44,096 bases of DNA from positions 1-44,096 of the forward strand of contig DWUW01000015.1 in assembly GCA_019120525.1 (NCBI GenBank), read 5' to 3'. Below, piece by piece: positions 36,596-44,096 of the stretch (its first letter is position 1; each line of letters starts with the position of its first letter). A program made the translations under genes and the position numbers. Source of the stretch: Candidatus Eisenbergiella stercorigallinarum. Its GTDB lineage: Bacteria > Bacillota > Clostridia > Lachnospirales > Lachnospiraceae. The notes beneath the pieces are model-generated. The model saw only the letters and a list, made by a program, of their open reading frames with translations, made no database searches and was not told the DNA's origin.

Positions 36596-38116
36596 TTACA
36601 GATTCACGATCTTCGTCGATACATTTTCCCGGAATCTGGCGTCGTGCTCCACGAACAGCATGGTGGGGCGGTATTCCAGGATCAGCTTTTCGATCTGCAT
36701 CCGGGAGAAAACGTCGATGTAATTAAAGGGTTCATCCCACACATACAGGTGGGCCGGCGTGAGCAGGCTGGCCGCGAGAAGCACCTTCTTTTTCTGCCCT
36801 TCCGAGTAGTCCTCCATCCGCTTTGCGAACTGCACCCGGTCAAAATCGAGCTGCCTTAAAATCGCGCAGAACAGGCTCCTGTCCAGGTTCCTTCTTTCGC
36901 AGAAAGCCGGAATGTCTCCCCGCAGTTTGGAGGTGTCCTGATTCACATAGGAGATCACCAGCCCGGAGGCCGTTTCGCAGACGCCCGTTTCCCGGACGGG
37001 CAGCGGCTCCCCGGCGCCCGCCTTTTCCAGGATCCTTTTGATCAGCGTGGATTTGCCGCAGCCGTTTTCCCCGTGCAGGGCGGCCCGGTCTCCCTGTTCG
37101 ATCTGGAAGGTCAGTCCGGTAAAAACCGCTTTTTCCGCGTCCGTATACCGGAGGGAATAATCCCGCACGTTCACCAGCACCCTTTTGTGATGGACAAGGG
37201 GCATCAGCTTTAGATCCGCCGGCTCCTCCAGATCCACAAGCAGCCCTTCCTTTTCTTCGATCTCCCGGTCGATCCGCTTTTTCATCTGGGTCACGCGGCT
37301 CTGCAGCTTCCTGGTTTTCTCCCCGATGTAGGCTCTTCTTCCGCCATGGCCCGGATCCTTTACCGGGTCAAAGCCGATCTTGCTGCGCTCGCTCTTTTCC
37401 GCCCACTGCCCGGTCCGCGCGGACGCCTCCCGGAGCCTGCCGATCTCCTTTCTGTGCTTCTCATTTTCCGCTTTCTCAAACGCGTCTCTGCGGCTTTTAT
37501 TTTCCCACCAGCTGGAAAAATTCCCGCTCTGCACCTCGATGGTCTGGCGGTTCAGAACCAGCACATGATCCACGCAGGCGTCCAGAAGATCCCTGTCGTG
37601 GGATACCAGAATAAAGCCCTTCTTTCCCGCCAGATACCGCTTCACCGTTTCTCTGGCTTCCTGGTCCAGATGGTTCGTGGGCTCGTCGATCAGAAGAAAA
37701 TCATTCTCCCCGGAAAACAGCACCGCCAGCAGCACCTTCGTGCGCTCTCCCGGGCTCAGCGTCCCGAAGGGCCGGTACAGGATTTCCGCGCTTTCCCGCA
37801 GAAGCTCCAGCTCGCAGATCACGCGCCACAGCTCGCAGCCGCCCTTCAGCTCCTCCGCGAACTCCGCGGCTGGCCTTTCTTTTTGTTCTTCCGTGATCGG
37901 ATACGGAAAATAGTCGAAAACCGTGGAAGTGCGGATGCTTCCCTCATAGGGGTATTTCCCAAGAAGCAGGTTCAGAAAGGTCGTCTTCCCCTTCCCGTTG
38001 CGCCCGATCAGCCCCAGCTTCCAGTCCGTGTCGATGGTAAAGGACACATCCTCGAAAATATTGTCAAAGCTGCCTTCATAAGCGAAGGTCAGATGGTTTA
38101 CAGCGATCTGTGACAT
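36596..38116 (-). CDS. ABC-F ribosomal protection protein, Lsa/CplR-like
   Basis: Two NBDs (GRNGKGKT, GENGCGKS) and no TM segments. DTDWKLGLIG, LSPGE, SEGQKKK and WDEP.NYID are typical of the Lsa group. Confidence 0.88.
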   Translation of the reverse strand: MSQIAVNHLTFAYEGSFDNIFEDVSFTIDTDWKLGLIGRNGKGKTTFLNLLLGKYPYEGSIRTSTVFDYFPYPITEEQKERPAAEFAEELKGGCELWRVICELELLRESAEILYRPFGTLSPGERTKVLLAVLFSGENDFLLIDEPTNHLDQEARETVKRYLAGKKGFILVSHDRDLLDACVDHVLVLNRQTIEVQSGNFSSWWENKSRRDAFEKAENEKHRKEIGRLREASARTGQWAEKSERSKIGFDPVKDPGHGGRRAYIGEKTRKLQSRVTQMKKRIDREIEEKEGLLVDLEEPADLKLMPLVHHKRVLVNVRDYSLRYTDAEKAVFTGLTFQIEQGDRAALHGENGCGKSTLIKRILEKAGAGEPLPVRETGVCETASGLVISYVNQDTSKLRGDIPAFCERRNLDRSLFCAILRQLDFDRVQFAKRMEDYSEGQKKKVLLAASLLTPAHLYVWDEPFNYIDVFSRMQIEKLILEYRPTMLFVEHDARFRENVSTKIVNL

Positions 38117-38311
38117 TTTTACCTCCATGCCGAAGCGTTTTACGCTGAGGCGCGCGCGCCGAACCTCCAGTTCGGCGTCTGCACAAGAATACAAATCCCG
38201 TTACGGGATTTGTATTCTCAGGATTTGCGACGCTTCGGCGCAAATCCTGATTGAAAAATAAGCCATCGGGCTTATTTTTCAATCTTACCTCCCTGCCGAG
38301 GCGTTTTACGC
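38117..38311. repeat. Largest modular hairpin cluster (A-D-E-B-C-A')
   Basis: Four consecutive hairpins bracketed by a 27-bp direct repeat (38119-38145 and 38285-38311, 2 mismatches). Confidence 0.9.
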
Positions 38312-38605
38312 ATACAAAAAAGAGAATGCCATCAGCCGTACAGCCTCTTTCCCTCCCATCGGAAAACGGTTCTCCGGGTTCCGGCCCCTGCGGGCAGATA
38401 TCCGCCGGCGGGAAGGCCCGCCGTCCGTTTCCTGACGAAAGGAAAAAACTGCATCTTCTGAGACACAGATACTTTCACACACAAAAAACTGGAAAACCTC
38501 CCCCGACAACGTATAAAAACCAGGGTATCTGTTTTCCGCGCAGAAGTCCCATGGGGACAGCTCTGCCGGCCGTTCCTGCACGGCCGTTTTCCTTTGTGCT
38601 GAAAG

Positions 38606-38632
38606 TTATCTGTTTCTCTTCCTAATGAACAT
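38606..38632 (-). CDS. Putative leader peptide MFIRKRNR
   Basis: ATG TTC ATT AGG AAG AGA AAC AGA TAA with AAGAGG 7 nt upstream, just downstream of a canonical promoter. Confidence 0.6.
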   Translation of the reverse strand: MFIRKRNR

Positions 38633-38686
38633 TCTCTTGCCTCTTAATATTTATGAATTATTTGATTGATGTAGCGCTACAGCATC

Positions 38687-38715
38687 ATATTAACCGCGCG
38701 GGGGCAGGCTGTCAA
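38687..38715 (-). promoter_or_regulatory. Sigma-A promoter of the ABC-F/hflX leader
   Basis: TTGACA-N17-TAATAT on the minus strand. Confidence 0.75.
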
Positions 38716-38737
38716 GCGGTTTTATATTTTTCTTCTG

Positions 38738-41700
38738 TTACATAAAGTCAAACAGACTGAGCTGCTCGGCCTCCATCTGCGCCTCCGGCTTTTCCTCCAC
38801 CGCGTTTTCCCGGACCGCCATGTCCTGCGGGATCTCGGAGAGAAACGGGGAAGGCTGTTCGGTACAGGTAAGGATCAGCTCCTCCACGGCACGGGTCATG
38901 CCCACAAAGCAAAGTCTGCGCTCCTCTTGAATGTCCGCCCAGGCAAAGCCTGTCTGAAGCGGCATCTTATCCGCCTCCATACCGTACAGGATCACCACGG
39001 GAAACTCCAGGCCCTTGGAGCCGTGCAGCGTCATCAGCGTAACCGCGTCCGCCCGGAATTTTCTTCCGCCGTTTCTGCGCACGTCCCCGTCCTCCCCGAA
39101 ATCCAGCGTATCCAGAAAGGCTTCCATTGAGGGGTATAAAACGGCCATGTCCGCAAGCCGGTTCAGGTCTTCTCTGACCGCGTCCGCATCTTCCCCTTCC
39201 GGCTCCCATTCCTGTATCCATTCCTCCAGCAGCCTGACCGGCTTCGTCCGCTTTATCTTTTTTTCATATTTGGACAGCAGATACTCCATCCTTTCCTGCG
39301 CCGTCTCCCCAAGCAACGGGGCAAGCAGTCTCCGGGCAAGCTCTCCCGCCCCTTCCTCCTCCGGGAAAAGCACGTGCCGGAAGAAGGCCAGCGCCGCGCG
39401 GACCTCCCGGCGCGTCAGGAAGTCCTCTCTTCCCGCGACCGCATAGGGAATGCCCTCCTGGCGCAGCGTCTTTTCCAGCCAGACGGCCTGGCGGTGGGTC
39501 CGGTACAGTATGGCGATATCGGAAAAGCTGCGCGCCGAGTCTCCCCGGTGTTCGTTCTCCTCGGTATCCAGCATATCGATGCCGCCGATCTGACGGTTGA
39601 TCTCCTTTGCGGCAAAGATCGCTTCGCGCCGCTCATCCGGAGCGGTCACGATGCGCACGGCCGCTTCGCCGCCGCGGTGCGCCTGCATCTGCCTCGTTCC
39701 GCCCGCGTTATGGGAAATGACGGCGAGGGAAGCGGCGAGGATCTGACGGGTGGAGCGGTAATTTTCTTCCAGACGGATGGTGTGAAGCTCCGGAAAATCC
39801 TCCCGCAGCCTGTCAAAGCAGGCCGCGTCCGAGCCCCGGAAGCCATAGATGGACTGGTCCGGATCTCCGATCACAAAAAGCTCCGCCCCATTCCGGTTCC
39901 AGGCCTGCATCAGGCGGTACTGCAGCGGGTTGATGTCCTGAAACTCATCGATCAGAAGGCAGGAAAAGCAGGAAAGCTCCTCTGCGCTTTCCACATTTTC
40001 TGCACTTTCCGCATTTTCTGCGCTTTCCTCCCCTTCCTCCGGCTTTTCCTCCAGAATACGGAGCGTCTCCAAAAGCAGGTCGTCATAGTCCATGACCCCC
40101 TGCTCCTTCATGGCCTTCTGATATAGCACGCGGGCTTCCCTGAGCCTGTCCGCTTCCGTTTCCTTCCCTTCTTCCCTCTCCGGCTCTGTCATCCCGTTTT
40201 TCACCCGGGAGAGCTCCCGTAAAAACCGGCCCGGGGAGCCCTTCAGGCCGGCCTGCTTCATGGCCTCCCCCGCAAGCTCCTCCTTCAGTCCCTCATCCGC
40301 AAGAAGCACAGGAATCCCTTTTTTCTTCAGGAATCTGCTGCTCACAGCATGGAAGGTGCCGATCTGGATAGCTTCATATCCGCACTGCTTCGCGTTGGAG
40401 GCCTGCTTCAGGCGGTCGCGCATCTCCTGAGCGGCCCGGTTGGTGAATGTCACCGCGGTGATCTGTCCGGGATCCACGTCTCTGACCTCCACCAGATACT
40501 GCAGGCGGGCGATCAGGGTTTTGGTCTTTCCCGCGCCGGGACCGGCAATGACCGCCACGGCCCGGTCGGAAGCGCGGACGGCTTCCTCCTGCAGCGGGTT
40601 CAGGGAGGACAGGAATTCCTTTTCCCTGCCCGGTTCTGCCCTGTCTTTTTCTCCCAGGTCCTGTTCTTCGTTTTTTCCTTCCCGTTCTGCCCGCTTCACG
40701 CCGGACGTACGTCCTGTAGCTGCGGTCCGCGCTTCTTTCTGCTCCATCCGCTCCAGCTCATCCGTGGAAAACAGAGAAAGCTGCCCCTCCAGGCTGTTTC
40801 TGTCCTCCTCCGAAAGCAGGCCGATTTTTCCGTATTCTCCGTCGAAACCGGGCGTCCGCTTCACCCGGCCCTCCCGCAGGCGGCTGATCCCTTCCGCCAC
40901 CAGCGGCCCCGCCGCATGGCGGATCTCCTCAACGGGCGCTTCCCGCAGGATATAAAATTCCGGCCCCAGCTGCGCGATCAGCCTCTCATACGCCTCCCGC
41001 ACCTTTTTCCCGGCCGCGCTGCTTCCCGTAGAGGCCGCGATCACCTCCGGAAGCGGAACCAGACTTTCAAAGGGCTTCGCGTCCGGCCGCACATAGTTTT
41101 CCGGCCGGTCCGCCAGCTGCTCCACCCGGTTCAGCACGCCGATGGTGATCTTTTTCCCGCAGACCGGACAGCGGCCGCCAAGCTCCTCCGTCTCCTGCGG
41201 GCTGATGCAGAGGCCGCATTTTCTGTGGCCGTCAAAATGATACTTCCCTTCCTCCGGGAAAAATTCCAGCGTTCCGGCAAGCCCCTCTCCTGTGTTCACA
41301 GCCTTCGCGATTCCGGCATAGGACAGCTCCGTCTGAAACAGCGTGGCCTCCCGCCCCAGCTTTGCCGGGGAATGGGCGTCCGAATTGGAAACCAGAAAGT
41401 AGGAATCCAGCGCGGAAACCCGCCAGTTCATGGGCGGATCAGAGGAAAGCCCCGTTTCCAGCGCATGGATGTGAGGCGTCAGATCCCCGAAGCATTCCTC
41501 GATGGAATCAAAACCGGAAAAAGCCCCGAACAGCGAAAAATGGGGCGTCCAGATATGAGCCGGAACGTATACGGCCTGCGGACAGGTTTCCAGCATGATC
41601 TCCAGCAGATCCCTGCAGTCCAGTCCCAGGATCGGCCTGCCGTCCGAATGGATGTTTCCGATCAGCTCCAGCCGTCTGGAAAGGGCTTCCGCCTCCTCAA

Positions 41701-42043
41701 GGCCGGGCAGCAGGAGCAGGCTGTGCACCTTGCGCACCCTTTCATTTTTCTTATAAATGGAGCTGATCTCTCCCGTCACCAGAAAACGCGGCTTCTCTTC
41801 CGGCACGCCCTCCTGATGGATACGGTATTCCTCCTTCAGCACATAAAGCCCGTCCTCCGCCGGCTCCAGCTTCTCCACAAGCTCCGCCCGCCATGCGGGA
41901 TGGGTGAAATCCCCTGTTCCCAGAATATGGATCCCCTTTTTTCGCGCCTCAAGCTCCAGATGCTCCGGATCGCCGTCTTTGCTCGTAGCCCGCGAAAACC
42001 GGGAATGTATGTGCAGGTCTCCGATGTATGTCCGATGTGTCAT
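38738..42043 (-). CDS. Endonuclease Q-like PHP domain fused to UvrD/PcrA-like SF1 helicase
   Basis: N-terminal DLHIHSRFSRATS, GTGDFTHP, SNSDAHS, GKYHFDGHRKC, CPVCG and PGFDGEYG. C-terminal AGPGAGKT, IDEFQD, GDPDQSIYGFRG, TLHGSKGLEF and EERRLCFVGMTRA. Confidence 0.9.
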   Translation of the reverse strand: MTHRTYIGDLHIHSRFSRATSKDGDPEHLELEARKKGIHILGTGDFTHPAWRAELVEKLEPAEDGLYVLKEEYRIHQEGVPEEKPRFLVTGEISSIYKKNERVRKVHSLLLLPGLEEAEALSRRLELIGNIHSDGRPILGLDCRDLLEIMLETCPQAVYVPAHIWTPHFSLFGAFSGFDSIEECFGDLTPHIHALETGLSSDPPMNWRVSALDSYFLVSNSDAHSPAKLGREATLFQTELSYAGIAKAVNTGEGLAGTLEFFPEEGKYHFDGHRKCGLCISPQETEELGGRCPVCGKKITIGVLNRVEQLADRPENYVRPDAKPFESLVPLPEVIAASTGSSAAGKKVREAYERLIAQLGPEFYILREAPVEEIRHAAGPLVAEGISRLREGRVKRTPGFDGEYGKIGLLSEEDRNSLEGQLSLFSTDELERMEQKEARTAATGRTSGVKRAEREGKNEEQDLGEKDRAEPGREKEFLSSLNPLQEEAVRASDRAVAVIAGPGAGKTKTLIARLQYLVEVRDVDPGQITAVTFTNRAAQEMRDRLKQASNAKQCGYEAIQIGTFHAVSSRFLKKKGIPVLLADEGLKEELAGEAMKQAGLKGSPGRFLRELSRVKNGMTEPEREEGKETEADRLREARVLYQKAMKEQGVMDYDDLLLETLRILEEKPEEGEESAENAESAENVESAEELSCFSCLLIDEFQDINPLQYRLMQAWNRNGAELFVIGDPDQSIYGFRGSDAACFDRLREDFPELHTIRLEENYRSTRQILAASLAVISHNAGGTRQMQAHRGGEAAVRIVTAPDERREAIFAAKEINRQIGGIDMLDTEENEHRGDSARSFSDIAILYRTHRQAVWLEKTLRQEGIPYAVAGREDFLTRREVRAALAFFRHVLFPEEEGAGELARRLLAPLLGETAQERMEYLLSKYEKKIKRTKPVRLLEEWIQEWEPEGEDADAVREDLNRLADMAVLYPSMEAFLDTLDFGEDGDVRRNGGRKFRADAVTLMTLHGSKGLEFPVVILYGMEADKMPLQTGFAWADIQEERRLCFVGMTRAVEELILTCTEQPSPFLSEIPQDMAVRENAVEEKPEAQMEAEQLSLFDFM

Positions 42044-42182
42044 CTTAATCTCCATTCCGGAGCGTAAGCGACGGGGCGAAGAGAAATCGCGAATGCGATT
42101 TCTCTGATGCCTAAGGGCTATTTGTGACGCTCCGGCACAAATAGCCGTGTGAAAAATAAGCCATCGGGCTTATTTTTCACAC
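42044..42182. repeat. Modular hairpin repeat cluster (A + inserted hairpin + B + C)
   Basis: Colinear with 16164-16272, plus an extra AGAGAAATCGC-GAAT-GCGATTTCTCT hairpin. Confidence 0.9.
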
Positions 42183-42515
42183 TATGTTTCCCCTTCCTGC
42201 CTGACATAAAAATATTTACCCGTATTCTATATTTTTTCTCCGCATTCTTCAACATTTTTCTTGCCCGCCCCGCCCGGAGGTGTTACAATACAGCCAGGCA
42301 TAAAATTTCTCAAAAGCCATTCGGCTTTTCAGGCAGGACGATCTTCGTCCATTCTGGTTTTCTTGCATTTCAGAAACTCTATGCCAAATCCCTGAACCCC
42401 GTAAACCAACACCAGATCACAGAATCGGCAGGAGCCTCTGAAAATACGGCTCCGGAGCCGCAGAGAGCGCGTTTCACACATTTTTCGCGTTTCTCCATGA
42501 AGAAAGGAGCCGCCT

Positions 42516-43547
42516 ATGCAGGAACAGTTATACGTAAACCGCGAGTACAAGGACTCTGTTTTCCGAATGCTCTACCGGGAAAAGAAAAATCTCCTTCAGC
42601 TCTACAACGCGCTGAACGGAACCAGCCACACAGATCCGGAGGAGCTGATCGTCACCACGCTGGAAAACGCCATTTATCTTGGGATGAAGAACGACGTGTC
42701 ATTTTTGCTGGACGACAGGATGACCCTTTACGAGCACCAGTCCACCTGGAACCCCAACCTGCCGCTGCGCGACCTGCTTTATATCTCCAGACTCCTGGAA
42801 AAGCATGTCAATGCCGGGAACCGGTCGATCTATTCGTCCTCGCTGATCCGGATCCCCGCGCCACGCTTTGTGGTGTTCTATAATGGGCAGAGAAGAGTGG
42901 AAGACCATACTGTACTGAAGCTGTCGGACGCTTTTGAGAAGCCGGAAAAGGATCCCGCCCTGGAGCTGCGGGTGCGTCTGGTCAACATCAATCCCGGAGC
43001 CAGTCCGGAGCTGATGGAAAGATGCCGGACGCTGCGGGAGTACAGCGAATTTGTCGCGCGGATCCGAAAGCACATCGATGAAGAAGCTTCCATTCAGGAA
43101 GCGGTGGAACAGGCTGTGAGCGAATGCATCCGGGAGGGAATCCTGGCGGAATTCCTGCGCAGCCAGAGATCGGAGGTAGTAGCCATGTCCATCTTTGAAT
43201 ACGATCATGAAGTGGAAATGAAGAAGCTGACAGATGAGCTCCGGGAAACCATAAGGGCCGAAGAGCATGAGAGGGCTCTGGCAGAAGCCAGGGCAGAAGT
43301 AGAGGAAGCAACGAAAAAATTATATGAAGAAGCAAAGGAAAAAAACAGAACAGAAGGCAGAGCGGAAGGCCAGACCCACTTTTTACTGCTGGTCCTGGAT
43401 CTCCGCGGCGCTGTTCCGGACTGGCTGAAGGAACGGATTCGTTGCGAAAAGGATCCAAGGCTTCTGGAGGACTGGATGAAAGCGGCCGCAGACGCCGTTT
43501 CTGTGGAGGATTTTCTGAGCAGGACAGGCCTGAAGGAATCCGTCTGA
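42516..43547 (+). CDS. Rpn-like (PD-(D/E)XK nuclease / putative transposase) protein
   Basis: YKDSVF, NDVSF, YEHQST.NPN.PLR and P.FVVFYNG; C-terminal coiled region with EGRAEG. AAGGAG RBS. Confidence 0.82.
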   Translation: MQEQLYVNREYKDSVFRMLYREKKNLLQLYNALNGTSHTDPEELIVTTLENAIYLGMKNDVSFLLDDRMTLYEHQSTWNPNLPLRDLLYISRLLEKHVNAGNRSIYSSSLIRIPAPRFVVFYNGQRRVEDHTVLKLSDAFEKPEKDPALELRVRLVNINPGASPELMERCRTLREYSEFVARIRKHIDEEASIQEAVEQAVSECIREGILAEFLRSQRSEVVAMSIFEYDHEVEMKKLTDELRETIRAEEHERALAEARAEVEEATKKLYEEAKEKNRTEGRAEGQTHFLLLVLDLRGAVPDWLKERIRCEKDPRLLEDWMKAAADAVSVEDFLSRTGLKESV

Positions 43548-43575
43548 GAGGACATGGCCTGCCGTTTCCGGCAGG

Positions 43576-44096
43576 CTATTCTATCAGCTTCTGGCGGGTC
43601 GCCCTGCGGCCTTCCAGAAGATACTGCTCCTTCCCTGTATCCGCCTCCATTCTCTTCGCATGGAGCTTCCGGTAAGACAGAGGGCCGGTACCATAATGCT
43701 TTCCGAAGGTATGGGCGAAATGCTGGCGGCTGTTATAGCCTACTGCAAAGGAGATGTCCGTGATGCTCATGGAACTGTTGGCCAGGAGAAAGGCCGCTTC
43801 TTCCAGACGCTTTTTGTTTACATACGCAATGATACTGCATCCCAGGATTTTTGAAAAAAGGGACTGGAGATAGGATCTGTTGATTCCCGTATAGGCGGCC
43901 AGCTCCGCAACCCGTATGGTTTCATGAATATTGCGGTCAATATACCCGCAGGCTTTTTTCAGATAATGGATCCCTCCGTTTTCAGCCCCATGGATAACAG
44001 AAGCGGACAATTCAACCATGACCCTTGAAAAAAGAAGCTCCGTGAGAAAATCAGACTGACCGGGGTCTTTTTGAAGATGGATGATCAGATCCTTCA
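43576..44096 (-). CDS. AraC-family transcriptional regulator (5' partial)
   Basis: ELAAYTGINRSYL and ITDISFAVGYNSRQHF..F.K.YG..P..YR. Confidence 0.88.
   Translation of the reverse strand, partial: KDLIIHLQKDPGQSDFLTELLFSRVMVELSASVIHGAENGGIHYLKKACGYIDRNIHETIRVAELAAYTGINRSYLQSLFSKILGCSIIAYVNKKRLEEAAFLLANSSMSITDISFAVGYNSRQHFAHTFGKHYGTGPLSYRKLHAKRMEADTGKEQYLLEGRRATRQKLIE

Noticed and set aside
38251-42883. ORFs starting MKNKPSGLFF (38251, 42149) as a small gene family
   Set aside because: The shared N-terminus is only the translation of palindromic module C, and the rest is unrelated.
42516-43547. Rpn-like gene as an active IS element
   Set aside because: No terminal inverted repeats or target-site duplication are visible, and the family is not shown to transpose.

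Overview
GC-rich Clostridia (Lachnospiraceae-like) chromosomal window. Left to right: (i) the end of a LytTR gene and a LiaF-like membrane gene; (ii) a SigI/RsgI sigma-antisigma pair followed by a CotH kinase, an RsgI-like/PepSY lipoprotein with acidic tandem repeats, a VTC polyphosphate-polymerase-domain gene, a DUF4956 membrane gene and an alkaline-phosphatase-like secreted protein; (iii) a histidine kinase with no adjacent response regulator, plus an ABC exporter; (iv) a minus-strand maltodextrin/glycogen cluster (ABC importer, pullulanase, debranching enzyme, glgP, malQ, neopullulanase) with a divergent LacI regulator; (v) a ugp-like ABC importer, glycerophosphodiesterase and esterase operon; (vi) an Lsa/CplR-like ABC-F plus hflX operon behind an attenuator-like leader; (vii) an EndoQ-UvrD fusion, an Rpn-like nuclease and a partial AraC gene. 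The three most notable observations: a helically phased array of six 37-38 bp inverted-repeat units (TACGG...CCGTA) at 18854-19164; a dispersed family of modular hairpin repeats whose terminal module supplies the Shine-Dalgarno sequence of six or seven unrelated genes; and an apparent Pho-box -> SigI -> CotH/lipoprotein/VTC cascade supported by matching upstream motifs. All protein family calls come from motif recognition by eye, not database searches.
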